Source: an uncultured candidate division Zixibacteria bacterium | GTDB lineage: Bacteria; Zixibacteria; MSB-5A5; GN15; FEB-12 | Length of the DNA stretch: 64,000 nucleotides | Direction of reading: 5' to 3' | Assembly (NCBI GenBank): GCA_963664195.1 | Contig: OY760907.1 | Coordinates: 2,720,001-2,784,000 of the forward strand | Part shown: positions 9,611 through 21,851 of the stretch, one piece after another | How positions within the stretch are numbered: position 1 is the first letter of the stretch | Layout of the letters: each line of letters begins with the position of its first letter | The notes under the pieces: model-generated | What the model saw: only the letters and a program-made list of their open reading frames with translations | What the model was told of the DNA's origin: nothing | Databases searched by the model: none | Program-made: the position numbers and the translations under genes

Positions 9611-10428
9611 CAATACCTGCTGATATCCACCCGCGTGGTCTTGTCCACGATCCGTCCGAGAAAACGGGTGGCGAGTTGGTTGAATTTCTCAGGAACGTCC
9701 GAAACATAGAACTTGCAGTCGGCCCCCGCTTTCGGGTTTTGTGAAACCTCCATGTTCAGGAGATTGGCCTGCTTCAACGCCTCAAGCGCGATGCGCGCAG
9801 TTTCCTCGCCGCTGTCGATCAGAGTCACCTTTTTGCCCATAACGTCGGCGATTACGCTTTTCAGCAGCGGGTAGTGCGTACAGCCGAGAATCAGAGTGTC
9901 TACCTCGACATCCAGCATTGTCTGGAGGTAATCGCGCGCGATCAGGTACGTCGCCTCTTTTTCGATATAAGCTTCTTCGGCCAGCGGCACGAAGAGGGGA
10001 CAGGCCAGCGAAAAGACTTTCAACTCAGGGTTGAGTTCGTGGATGATCCGGGCGTAGGCGTTGGAATTTATGGTTGCGTGGGTGCCGATGACGCCGATAC
10101 GACCGGTCTTCGTTTTGGCTGAGGCGGCCTCGGCTCCCGGTCTTATCACGCCGATCATGGGTACCTGGAAATTCGGCGCGACTACATCGAGAGCTACCGA
10201 CGAAACCGAGTTACAGGCGCAGATGATGAACTTGACGTTCTGTTCCATGAGGAACGAGACATCCTGACGCGTGAATTCGGTGATAATCTCACGCGAGCGC
10301 CCGCCGTACGGTGTGCGGCTGACATCGCCGAAATAGACGACATCTTCGTTGGGCAGCAGTCTGAATATCTGTCGTGCTACGGTGAGTCCGCCGACGCCCG
10401 AATCGAAAATCCCTATAGGTCTTTCCAT
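9610..10428 (-). CDS. murI: Glutamate racemase
   Basis: IFDSGVGGLTV, PYG, ACNS, LGCTHYP. Confidence 0.98.
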   Translation of the reverse strand: MERPIGIFDSGVGGLTVARQIFRLLPNEDVVYFGDVSRTPYGGRSREIITEFTRQDVSFLMEQNVKFIICACNSVSSVALDVVAPNFQVPMIGVIRPGAEAASAKTKTGRIGVIGTHATINSNAYARIIHELNPELKVFSLACPLFVPLAEEAYIEKEATYLIARDYLQTMLDVEVDTLILGCTHYPLLKSVIADVMGKKVTLIDSGEETARIALEALKQANLLNMEVSQNPKAGADCKFYVSDVPEKFNQLATRFLGRIVDKTTRVDISRY

Positions 10429-10461
10429 ATCGTTCCCTGACTGTATTCCCAGCGAAGCGAG

Positions 10462-11952
10462 TTATCGGTTTTCGTATTTCGCTTTGAAGCGTTTGATGGC
10501 CTCGTACAGGCTTTTGGCCAGTTTTTCCTGATACTTCTTGCTTTTTAGTGTCTTCTCCTCGACTTCGTTGGAAATGAAGGCTGACTCGATGAGCACCGAG
10601 GGCGTGAAGACCTTGTTGAGCACGAAGAACCCGGCCTGATCGATACCGCGCGCCGGAGTTTTGATGCTGCGCCGGAACTCCCGGTCTACCATCATCGCAA
10701 AGTCCCAAGATTCTGCCTGGAATTCAGTCATAATCATTTCGTTCAGGATTGAGAGTATCGGGTCTGCGGAGGCGTCTGACGGTCCGGGTGACTTCTCGGC
10801 CGATTCGCGCAGGAAGAAACTGTTCTCCAACTGTTCAACGGATCTTGCCGAGTCGTTCAGTGCTGGCGCGAGGAAGAAGACATTCCAGCCGCGCACATGT
10901 TTTTTGGGCGAGGCATTGGCGTGGATCGAAATAAACAGGTCGGCGCCGGCATCGTTGGCAATCTCGGCCCGTTTCTCCAGTGAGACCGTTTTGTCCTGAT
11001 CGCGAGTCATCACAACTTGGAACTGTTTATCTTTGCGAATCAGTTTGGCCAGTCGCTTGGCGATACCGAGCGAGATGTCTTTCTCGCGGGTCCCGCCCGG
11101 GCCGACGGCACCGTAGTCCTCGCCGCCGTGACCGGGGTCGATGACGATTACGTCAATCTTATCATCCGGGCCAACTTCGGGGCGGGGCGCGACGGTGTCC
11201 CACTCGACATTGGTATCGGAGATGGATATCTGGATGCGAGTGGGATCGTTTTCTATTTTGTGGTGCCACTTTTCAATGTTGGTCTTGAGCCGCATTGATA
11301 TCTGGCCGGTGTTGTTTTCGATCTGGTGGACGCTCAGTTTGTACATGTACCGGTTGTCTTTGCGGGAGAGTATCCGGTTGCGATTGACCCTGGCGTCGCG
11401 GATGGAGATATTCAGCCAGTTGCCCTCTGTGACAAAGACCTCGTAGGCCAGAGCCTGCGAAAGCTGTATTTCAATCAGGAGTCCGTTGGCTTTTTGTTGC
11501 ACGGACATATCGGTGACATTGAAATAGTCGGATTCAACGGTAATCGTCCTTTTATCGCTATCCCAGGTGATTTGTGGCGCAGTCACCCGGTCGAGGAAGG
11601 GAAGGAATGTGACGACGGGCACGAACAACTGCCCTTCTTCCAGCCTGGCGGAATAGGTCATGTTGAAAGTGGTGTCGTTCATCAGGAAGAACGGGGAATC
11701 GAGAAGGAACTCAAACCGATATCCCTCTTCACGATAACTAATCCGATGTCCCACCGTTTCCCAGGTCAGGGTGCCGCCAAGCACGCCCGCCAGTTGCGAG
11801 AGAGAGACATAACGGACCTCATCTTTCTCGAAAGACTCGATCTCATTATAGCCGCCAGCGATAGAGACTCTGACTTCGCCCGCTTGTGCCGGAATAGCCA
11901 GAACGAGGCAGAGCAGGATGAGCGAGATGAGGGGGATTGTGAGGCGGTTCAT
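10462..11952 (-). CDS. amiC: N-acetylmuramoyl-L-alanine amidase (Amidase_3, AmiC-like)
   Basis: Signal peptide; VIDPGHGGED, EKD, FISIHANAS, PSVLIESAFISN. Confidence 0.92.
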   Translation of the reverse strand: MNRLTIPLISLILLCLVLAIPAQAGEVRVSIAGGYNEIESFEKDEVRYVSLSQLAGVLGGTLTWETVGHRISYREEGYRFEFLLDSPFFLMNDTTFNMTYSARLEEGQLFVPVVTFLPFLDRVTAPQITWDSDKRTITVESDYFNVTDMSVQQKANGLLIEIQLSQALAYEVFVTEGNWLNISIRDARVNRNRILSRKDNRYMYKLSVHQIENNTGQISMRLKTNIEKWHHKIENDPTRIQISISDTNVEWDTVAPRPEVGPDDKIDVIVIDPGHGGEDYGAVGPGGTREKDISLGIAKRLAKLIRKDKQFQVVMTRDQDKTVSLEKRAEIANDAGADLFISIHANASPKKHVRGWNVFFLAPALNDSARSVEQLENSFFLRESAEKSPGPSDASADPILSILNEMIMTEFQAESWDFAMMVDREFRRSIKTPARGIDQAGFFVLNKVFTPSVLIESAFISNEVEEKTLKSKKYQEKLAKSLYEAIKRFKAKYENR

Positions 11953-11955
11953 ACT

Positions 11956-12429
11956 CTAGCGATCGAGGTTTCTCTTCACGGCTTGTTTCATGCGTCTATC
12001 GGCGTCGGCTTTGGCGATAGCCTGGCGCTTGTCATACTTCTTACGTCCGATGACCAGCCCCAGTTCGATTTTGACGTTTCGACCTCTTATATAAATGGAG
12101 AGTGGAACAAGCGTCATGCCCTGTTGCTGGGTCTTTATGCCGAGTTTGACAATTTCCCGTCTGTGCATGAGGAGGCGGCGGGGTCTGATCGGGTCCGGTG
12201 ACTCCCCCGAGGCCATCTCGTACGGAGAGATATGCAGGTTTTTCAGCCATATCTGGCCTCCGTCAATCAGAGCATAGCTATCAGCGACATTCACCTTGCC
12301 GGCCCGGATACTCTTGACCTCACAGCCCATCAACTCAATGCCGGCTTCCATGGAACTGACTACCTGATAGTCATGGCGGGCCTTGCGATTGCGGACCACA
12401 GTCTTGATGTTGTTCTTTTCTTCAGTCAT
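11956..12429 (-). CDS. smpB: SsrA-binding protein
   Basis: NRKARHDY, EAGIELMGCEVKSIRAG, RLLMHRREI, GRKKYDKR; probable start MTEEK at 12429. Confidence 0.97.
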   Translation of the reverse strand: MTEEKNNIKTVVRNRKARHDYQVVSSMEAGIELMGCEVKSIRAGKVNVADSYALIDGGQIWLKNLHISPYEMASGESPDPIRPRRLLMHRREIVKLGIKTQQQGMTLVPLSIYIRGRNVKIELGLVIGRKKYDKRQAIAKADADRRMKQAVKRNLDR

Positions 12430-12615
12430 CAGTGCAAGGATAGGCCGTTTGGAGTTGGCGGGCAATCAAAAAACGTCGTCGAGCCATCTGAACGAGATTG
12501 CTTCTGCTACTGCAAGGAGGCTAATCTTCTTTGGTATTCGACCGATAGTCATAATAACTAGCGAGGAATCTATCCAAGGAAACGCCATTGCTGGCGAAAC
12601 ATAACCGGGGGTCCT

Positions 12616-13017
12616 GTGCCAAACGACCAGAAACCTGATACGAGTATCCTGATTGCCGACGATGAAGAATCCGTGCGCGAGTTGCTCTCTACGATGTTTA
12701 CCAGAGAAGGTCACGCGGTCTATACTGCCGCCACCGGCACCGAGGCTGTCAGAATCGCTCTGGACAAAAAGCCCTCCCTAATCATCATGGATATTACCAT
12801 GCCGGAGATGGACGGATACGAAGCAACGTCCAGAATCAAGGAGGATCCGGCTCTCAAAGAAACGCCGGTGATATTCCTGACCGGAAAGTCGGCCCAGGAG
12901 GATGGCGGTCGGGCATTTGCCAAGGGAGGGCTGACATTCGTGCGCAAGCCCTTCAACGGTAGCCAGATACGGGATCTGGTGTGTCTGACGATGCAGACGC
13001 TCACGACATCAAAATAG
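12616..13017 (+). CDS. Single-domain response regulator (receiver)
   Basis: IADDE, IMDITMPEMDG, FLTG, RKPF. Confidence 0.92.
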   Translation: MPNDQKPDTSILIADDEESVRELLSTMFTREGHAVYTAATGTEAVRIALDKKPSLIIMDITMPEMDGYEATSRIKEDPALKETPVIFLTGKSAQEDGGRAFAKGGLTFVRKPFNGSQIRDLVCLTMQTLTTSK

Positions 13018-13090
13018 AGGTAGTTAAGCCGACGCTGTTTCTTGCCGATATTATTTAGTAAACCAAGAACCCTAGACGAGCAGAGTACTA

Positions 13091-13492
13091 GTGTCTCACA
13101 AGATCAATATTCAGGCAGCCAAGGTTCTGGTCGTCGATGACGAACCGGAAATCACAGACATTGTCGAGGCATTTCTCAGCGAGGCCGGCTATACTGTCGC
13201 TGTGGAGAATTCGCCCACAAATGCAATTAACGCCGCCCGTCAGTTCCAGCCGGATGTTGTCCTGCTGGACATCATGATGCCCGGCGTCGACGGATACGAT
13301 ATCTGTCAACAGATTAAGCAGGAGCCGGGATTGGCCCAGGTCCCGATCATTTTTCTGACCGGCAAGGATCGCTCCGATGATATGGGGCGCTCGTTTAAGG
13401 TGGGCGGCGACATGTTCATCAAGAAACCGTTCTCCTGCGAGCGGCTGCTGGAGATCGTGAATATCGTCGTAATGTCTGCTTCGGCACACTAG
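13091..13492 (+). CDS. Single-domain response regulator (receiver)
   Basis: VVDDE, LLDIMMPGVDG, FLTG, KKPF. Confidence 0.93.
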   Translation: MSHKINIQAAKVLVVDDEPEITDIVEAFLSEAGYTVAVENSPTNAINAARQFQPDVVLLDIMMPGVDGYDICQQIKQEPGLAQVPIIFLTGKDRSDDMGRSFKVGGDMFIKKPFSCERLLEIVNIVVMSASAH

Positions 13493-13532
13493 ACTATGAA
13501 TTTCGCGGCATGGAGGGATGTCGCGATTTTTA

Positions 13533-13561
13533 TTGACAGTTTTGGTGCAGTGCACTATACT
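13533..13561 (+). promoter_or_regulatory. Sigma70 promoter with a palindrome in the spacer
   Basis: TTGACA(13533)-17 nt-TATACT(13556); GTGCA-G-TGCAC at 13545-13555. Confidence 0.8.
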
Positions 13562-13578
13562 AAATGAAACGGAATGTC

Positions 13579-14163
13579 ATGAGAATCGTTAAAAGATATA
13601 GTAACAGGCGGCTCTACGACACGCAGTCGAGTCGTACCATAACCCAGTTTGATCTGGCCCGACTGATTCAGGAGGGGCACGAGGTCAGGGTGGTTGACTC
13701 CTCGACGGGGGAAGATATCACGCTACAGGTGCTCAGCCGGATCGCGGTAGCGGAGACGTCAAAGTGGGACGATATAAAACAGTCCAAAGAGTTATTGCGT
13801 GGAATCATTTCAGCTGGAGGGGAAAAGTCTATGTCTATCCTCAAAAACACAATCCTGGCCTCGATCGGGGTTCTCCACGTCACTAAGGAGAAGGCCGAGT
13901 CGATCATCGATGACCTGATTAAGAAAGGCGAACTCGACAAATCCGATCGCAAGACGGCCGTCATGGAGTTGCTGGACAAGGTAGAGAAATCAACTTCCGA
14001 GTTCAGCAAGAAGGTGATGAAAGAAGCCGACAAGGCGCAGAAGAACGTCAAGAAGGCGACCTCAGGGCTTGCCTGGGCAACCCAGGATGACTTGAAACGA
14101 TTGGAAAAGAAGGTCAACAAGATCGCCAAGCAGTTGAAGGACCTGACCGAAGCAAAAGGCTAG
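13579..14163 (+). CDS. PhaR-type PHA-regulator DNA-binding domain fused to a phasin-like (PhaF/PhaI) domain
   Basis: N-terminus IVKRYSNRRLYDTQSSRTIT...IQEGHEVRVVDSSTGEDIT; C-terminus LASIGVLHVTKEKAESIIDDLIKKGEL...ATQDDLKRLEKKV; the ATG at 13564 is too close to the -10 box, so start set at 13579. Confidence 0.82.
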   Translation: MRIVKRYSNRRLYDTQSSRTITQFDLARLIQEGHEVRVVDSSTGEDITLQVLSRIAVAETSKWDDIKQSKELLRGIISAGGEKSMSILKNTILASIGVLHVTKEKAESIIDDLIKKGELDKSDRKTAVMELLDKVEKSTSEFSKKVMKEADKAQKNVKKATSGLAWATQDDLKRLEKKVNKIAKQLKDLTEAKG

Positions 14164-14328
14164 GAGCGTTTTCGACTCGCTGCATTTCCACGGAGTCACC
14201 CGGCAACCGCGTCACTGTACGATGCGCGGCTGTGTGCTTGATTCAGATCGCTGGTTTTGTGTTCTTTCGGAGAATCGTTACTCGGGGTCACATGACGACA
14301 CACAAAATGGGCGGGGGCGGTTGAACGT

Positions 14329-16910
<2,582 letters not shown>

Positions 16911-16918
16911 CTTAACCC

Positions 16919-17710
16919 TTAGAGGTCCTTCAATCGTTGGGTTGCCTGTTCGGCCTCGAGCGTGCCGGCATGTTCGTTCACGAGTTGTTCGAACAGCGCC
17001 TTTGCCTCATTCTTTTTGCCGAGTTCCTGCTTGCAGCGGGCCAGTTTGTAGAGCGCCCGTCCAAGGTTCGGCGAATCAGGATAAGTTTTCAGCAAATGGT
17101 CATATTCGGTGACCGCATCGCTGTATTCTTCCTGTGAGTAGTAGCATTCGCCGATCCAGTAGTAGGCGTTTTCCACATCCTGGTGTGATTCACACTCCGC
17201 CAGGAACGCGCGGAAGCCGGTTACGGCTTCTTCGTATTCGCCCCGACGTACCAGCGTGAAGGCGTTGTCGTATGTGTTCTGGCAATCAATCGAGGGTTGA
17301 CTGCTGGGCGGCGGCTCCGACGGTGCGGTAGCGACCGGCGTGTCGTCCTGCGCTCCTGCCGAAGATCTCGGCGGCAGCGTGATGACCTGCGGTGTCTGGT
17401 TGAGCTGATCGATTCGAGACATCAGGTCATTGTAGTTCTCAAGCAGCACGCCCATCTGGCGAGTCAGTTCGTCGGTTGAATACCGAATGTCGTTCTGCAA
17501 CGCCTTGTTGGCCACGGCGCCGGCTGCAATAACTGAATCCATTCGAAGGACCAGATCGCGGGTCTGGCCGTTCTGCAACTCCACGTTGGCCAGTCGGTCG
17601 TTGATGTCCTGAACATCACGTTTCGTGGCGCAACCGGAGAGCAGCAATCCTATGCAGATAACCGCCATTGCAGCAATGGCGGTTATCTTGTTTGATCTTT
17701 GGTATTCCAT
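16919..17710 (-). CDS. cpoB: Tol-Pal system protein CpoB/YbgF (lipoprotein, coiled coil + TPR)
   Basis: Lipobox LSGC; TPR NAYYWIGECYY, ALYKLARC; directly downstream of pal. Confidence 0.9.
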   Translation of the reverse strand: MEYQRSNKITAIAAMAVICIGLLLSGCATKRDVQDINDRLANVELQNGQTRDLVLRMDSVIAAGAVANKALQNDIRYSTDELTRQMGVLLENYNDLMSRIDQLNQTPQVITLPPRSSAGAQDDTPVATAPSEPPPSSQPSIDCQNTYDNAFTLVRRGEYEEAVTGFRAFLAECESHQDVENAYYWIGECYYSQEEYSDAVTEYDHLLKTYPDSPNLGRALYKLARCKQELGKKNEAKALFEQLVNEHAGTLEAEQATQRLKDL

Positions 17711-17730
17711 GTACCTTTTACCCGTCAGGG

Positions 17731-18249
17731 TTACTGCGAGACGATCTTAAATTCGCAACGGCGATTCTTCTGCCAGGCGATCTCATCGTGACCGGTATCG
17801 ACCGGGCGCTCTTTACCGTAGGATATAACCGAAATCCGTGCCGGGTTGATGCCCAGTCCGGTCAGGTAATCCATAGCGGCTTTGGCACGCTTTTCACCGA
17901 GTGACAGGTTGTATTCGATAGTACCACGCTCGTCGCAGTGACCTTCGATCTTGATGATTGCATCCGGGAACTCGTTCAGCAGACCGAAGTTGTGGTCAAG
18001 GCTGGCACGAGCGTCCTCGCGAAGCTGGAACTTGTCAAAATCAAAGTACACCGTCTCAAACTGAGTCGCCTTGAGTACCGGCGGCGGCGGAGGCGGAGGT
18101 GGCGGAGGAGGCGGTGGTGGTGGCGGAGTCGGTGTCGTGTCTTGCACAACGACCGGCTGTTCGGGGGCTACTTCAGGCTTCGGACCGCAGGCATTCAGCA
18201 TTAGTGCGACAAGCAACCCGGTGGCCAGTAGGAATCCAAGTCTTTTCAT
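17731..18249 (-). CDS. pal: Peptidoglycan-associated lipoprotein
   Basis: Lipobox LNAC; VYFDFDK, IEGHCDERGTIEYNLSLGEKRA, SYGKERP, KNRRCEF. Confidence 0.97.
   Translation of the reverse strand: MKRLGFLLATGLLVALMLNACGPKPEVAPEQPVVVQDTTPTPPPPPPPPPPPPPPPPVLKATQFETVYFDFDKFQLREDARASLDHNFGLLNEFPDAIIKIEGHCDERGTIEYNLSLGEKRAKAAMDYLTGLGINPARISVISYGKERPVDTGHDEIAWQKNRRCEFKIVSQ
18079..18126 (-). repeat. 16-codon poly-proline tract in Pal
   Basis: Mixed CCG/CCT/CCA codons encoding P16. Confidence 0.9.
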
Positions 18250-18394
18250 TGCGTAACTTCCCTCCCAAATGGGAATTTGGGGCGTTTTTTTATTCTATTT
18301 TAACTTATCGAATCTATGCAAATCCATTAATGCGGTCAATATAAAAAACGGTTTCGGCATAGCTCCCTGGTCTGTCAGGACTTATACGCAGTAG

Positions 18395-19708
18395 TCACTG
18401 AATAGGTCCCCAGGCAGGGTTTGAGGCAGTCCCCCCGTGGGTGAGACGGCGCTGGTTCTGGCCTGAGAGGTCCATGGTGTAGATATCTCCAGAACTCAGC
18501 CGTGTCGACGCAAAGATGATATGCTTGCCGTCGGGGGAGAAGTGCGGGTTTTCGTTCATGCCGACCTCGGTCAGGACCCGATAATCAGTACCGTCGACGT
18601 TGATTGAGGCCAGATCGAACCGGCCTTGTTGAGTCCGGCTGACAAACGTGATTCGATCGCCCCGATCAGCCCAGATCGGCGAGTCGTTGTAGCCGCCCTG
18701 GTAGGTGAGGCGTCGGGCGTTCAGGCCGTCGGCATCCATGATGTAAATCTGCGGTGCGCCGGTACGATCCGAAGAGAAAACTATGCTCTGGCCGTCTGGT
18801 GACCACGACGGTGCCGAATCAATCGCCTGATGTTTGGTCAGACGTTTGATGATATTGCCCTTCAGGTCGAGGACGTAGATTTCCGAGTTGCCGTCTTTCG
18901 ACAGCACACAGGCGATTTTGTTGCCATCGGGCGATATCGAAGGCGCAGCAACCACGCCCTGGAAATCGCCTATTTGCTTTATTTCGCCGGTCTTGAGGAC
19001 CAGATGGTACATCTGCGGCTCGCCGCTCATATAGCTCGTGAAATAGACCTCCTCCTGGTTGGAGGAGAACATAGGGGAGAGGTTGATCGAGCCGGTTTTG
19101 GTCAGTTGCTTTTCGTTTTCACCGTCGTAATCCGCCATGAACAGCTCTTTGGCGTCTCCGAATTTCTTCACGTAGACGATCTTGGTCCGGAATATGCCGC
19201 GCTCGCCGGTTGAGTTGTAGACGATTTCGTTGGCGATGTCATGGGCTAGTTCCCGCCAATAAGTGCGATGATACTCAAGCTGCCCGCTGGCGACCTCTCG
19301 TTGCGACGGAGTGTGGTACATACGCCAGAAACCGCGAATGTTCTGTGCCGGGAACTCGGCCTCGAGCTTGATCAGGAACTCCGCTCCGAGCCTCTGCCAG
19401 CCGAGGATATCCATCTCTTTGATCTCGTACGTTTTCATGTAGAAGCTGTCGATGGGGATCAGCGAGAAGTCGGCGTAGAAGTCGATGTCTCTCTGCACCA
19501 CGCGCGTGACGTACTGCATCAGCGTTGAGTCTTCCTGACTGATATATCTCGTGCCGATGTACTTCATGTCATCGACGCCGTAGGGGGTGGCCTGGAAAGC
19601 GCCCGACACAGTGTCCAGAGTGAACTGCCGAACATCCTGCGCATTGCCTGCGGTGGTTAGAGAGAGGGCGAGGAGTATTGTTGTCAGTACCAATTGGCGG
19701 AGTTTCAT
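18395..19708 (-). CDS. tolB: Tol-Pal beta-propeller protein TolB
   Basis: AHDIANEI..TGERGIFRTKI; PD40 repeats PSWSPDG; position in the tol-pal operon. Confidence 0.95.
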   Translation of the reverse strand: MKLRQLVLTTILLALSLTTAGNAQDVRQFTLDTVSGAFQATPYGVDDMKYIGTRYISQEDSTLMQYVTRVVQRDIDFYADFSLIPIDSFYMKTYEIKEMDILGWQRLGAEFLIKLEAEFPAQNIRGFWRMYHTPSQREVASGQLEYHRTYWRELAHDIANEIVYNSTGERGIFRTKIVYVKKFGDAKELFMADYDGENEKQLTKTGSINLSPMFSSNQEEVYFTSYMSGEPQMYHLVLKTGEIKQIGDFQGVVAAPSISPDGNKIACVLSKDGNSEIYVLDLKGNIIKRLTKHQAIDSAPSWSPDGQSIVFSSDRTGAPQIYIMDADGLNARRLTYQGGYNDSPIWADRGDRITFVSRTQQGRFDLASINVDGTDYRVLTEVGMNENPHFSPDGKHIIFASTRLSSGDIYTMDLSGQNQRRLTHGGTASNPAWGPIQ

Positions 19709-19717
19709 CCGATTTCC

Positions 19718-20443
19718 TTATTGGTTAGTAAGCGTGATCGTAATGCCTATGATTTCATCGAGGAACTTGCGAGGCAGCGGCGGGAATGGCGCTGAGCGTT
19801 CAATTGCATCCACGCAGATCTGATCGAAGCGAGGGATGCCGGACGAACTCTTGACCTCCACTTCAATCACTCGACCAGACTTGATGACTTGAAAATACAC
19901 ATCGCAATACACTTTGCCGTCAATTGGCACCGTGTTTCGGAAACTCCTGTCTATCTTGCTCTGGGCCAGGTTGAACCAGTAGGGGTGGTCAAAGGAAGTG
20001 TTGTCGACTCTCATGCCTGAGATCAGCGATCCTGCGGGAGTTTCAACTTCCCTGCTCCCGTCTTCGGTGCCAGCCTGATTCACATCCGCTGCCTGCGGTT
20101 CAACGTCGCCGGTAGGCCTACTCGGTTTCGGCTTTGGCGGGTCAGGTTTTGGCTCTTCCTTCGGCTCCGGCGGTTCGACCGGCTTCTCGATTTCAACTTC
20201 CGGCTTGCTGATCGGATCTTCGACCGGAATTTCCATCGGCTCGATTTCGAGTGCCGCCGGGGGTTCTACTACCGGAGCAATCGTGGGCTGTTCAACCGGT
20301 GATATTTCTGCCATGCTTACGGCGCTTACCCGGATTACCTCGCCCAAATCGCGATTGGGCTTGTACTCCAGGGGGGAGATAAACAGAGTTACCACGACAA
20401 TCATGACGTGGAATACAATTGAGATGAGGAGGTCCTTGCTCAT
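19718..20443 (-). CDS. tolA: TolA/TonB-family energy transducer
   Basis: N-terminal TM with SxxxH (SIVFH), Pro/Glu-rich linker, C-terminus SSGIPRFD...APFPPLP. Confidence 0.82.
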   Translation of the reverse strand: MSKDLLISIVFHVMIVVVTLFISPLEYKPNRDLGEVIRVSAVSMAEISPVEQPTIAPVVEPPAALEIEPMEIPVEDPISKPEVEIEKPVEPPEPKEEPKPDPPKPKPSRPTGDVEPQAADVNQAGTEDGSREVETPAGSLISGMRVDNTSFDHPYWFNLAQSKIDRSFRNTVPIDGKVYCDVYFQVIKSGRVIEVEVKSSSGIPRFDQICVDAIERSAPFPPLPRKFLDEIIGITITLTNQ

Positions 20444-20460
20444 GGCGTCGTCCTTGAACG

Positions 20461-20883
20461 CTAGTGCAGCTTCTTCTCCTCGTGTTCGGTGACGAGACCG
20501 ATGTTTTCGATCCCCATGTCCTTAATGCGCCCGATGACGTCGATGATCACTCCGTAGGCAATCGTAGAATCGCCGCGCAGGTAGATTGACTCAGTACGTT
20601 TGGCCTCCATTTCCTGACGGATCGCGTCTTCGAGATCCTCAGGCCGACGCCAGACGTCGTTGACGTAGATTCCGCCTTTGTCATCAATTGACAAAATGAT
20701 GCCGGAGGTTTCCTCGTCCAGCAACGCCGCTCGTGTTTTGGGCAGGTCAATCTCGATCCCTGACTGCAGCAAAGGAGCCGAAATCATGAAGATGATCAAC
20801 AGCACGAGGACGACATCAACGAGGTTGGCGATATTGATGTCGGCCACGGCGCCGTAGGCTCGCCTGCGAACGAAACGGGACAT
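20461..20883 (-). CDS. tolR: TolR/ExbD
   Basis: INIANLVDVVLVLLIIFMISAP, LRGD...YGVI; probable start MSRFVRR at 20883. Confidence 0.9.
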   Translation of the reverse strand: MSRFVRRRAYGAVADINIANLVDVVLVLLIIFMISAPLLQSGIEIDLPKTRAALLDEETSGIILSIDDKGGIYVNDVWRRPEDLEDAIRQEMEAKRTESIYLRGDSTIAYGVIIDVIGRIKDMGIENIGLVTEHEEKKLH

Positions 20884-20884
20884 C

Positions 20885-21601
20885 TTAGAGGGCTTCCTTT
20901 CTGGCGCGTGCGATGAAGTCCAGCGCAAAGCTGTGCGAGGTGGTCTGCATGTTCTTCAAGGCATTGTTGGCCCAGTTGTACGCCATGACGGCCGGAATAG
21001 CGGCGGCCAGACCAACGATCGTGGCCAGCAAGGCTTCAGCGATACCGGGAGCCACAACGGCCAGCGAAGCCGATCCGCGCTCGCCGATAGCCCAGAAGGA
21101 ATCCATGATACCCACAACCGTTCCCAACAATCCCATAAAGGGAGCGGAACTGCCGGTGGTGGCGAGAAAGACAACCTGCTTTTCGAGCTTCGCGACCTCA
21201 TCGTTCATACCGCGTTCCATGGCCATCTCGATGATCTCGAAATCGTCGTTGTCGAGCGGCTTGAGGGACTCGCGCAGACCTCCGGCCTCATTTTTATGCT
21301 CCTTGAGCGAGGTCATTTCCTCGAAACCGGCCAGATAGATACCGGCGAGGGGAGACTTCTTGTACGTGCGGGCCTGCCCGGCGATTTCTTCTAGCCGTCG
21401 AGCGCGCCGAAAGTACTGCTGAAAGCTTCTCGTGTCCGCGTCGGCAGCCTTGAATGTTCGGTATTTGCGAAAGATTACCATCCAGGAGCCTACCGACATG
21501 GCCACTAGGATTATCAGGATAAATGCGCCAAAAGTTGACAGGTGTGAGATGATGTCCCACAGGGCGCCGCCTTGCAGAATCAGGGTAATAGGACTAGTCA
21601 T
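20885..21601 (-). CDS. tolQ: TolQ/ExbB proton channel
   Basis: LATTGSSAPFMGLLGTVVGIM, VAPGIAEALLATIVGLAAAIPA. Confidence 0.93.
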   Translation of the reverse strand: MTSPITLILQGGALWDIISHLSTFGAFILIILVAMSVGSWMVIFRKYRTFKAADADTRSFQQYFRRARRLEEIAGQARTYKKSPLAGIYLAGFEEMTSLKEHKNEAGGLRESLKPLDNDDFEIIEMAMERGMNDEVAKLEKQVVFLATTGSSAPFMGLLGTVVGIMDSFWAIGERGSASLAVVAPGIAEALLATIVGLAAAIPAVMAYNWANNALKNMQTTSHSFALDFIARARKEAL

Positions 21602-21851
21602 ACTTGGTTGTACTGCATTTCCGGTCTAAAGTTTATATAACATGCCTCCGTAGAGGGGGAAATATTTTCCCGGCAAAGGGTCAAACATATCGGCGCATCG
21701 GCCCAGGGTCAACAAAAACAGCGCAATGTAGGCACGGCGGTCCGCGACGTGTTTTTTTTAGCTTGACCTGCGAGTCAACGCGGCTCTTATTCGGTCCATT
21801 GAAATTCAAGAGGAACTAAACCGCAGGTCATCAAACCCGGGAGAGGGACAG

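Noticed and set aside
11956..12615. tmRNA or tRNA near smpB
   Set aside because: No tRNA-like ends or T-arm motif found in the flanking intergenic sequence.
18071..18256. Poly-Gly ORF on the plus strand
   Set aside because: Reverse complement of the Pal poly-Pro tract.
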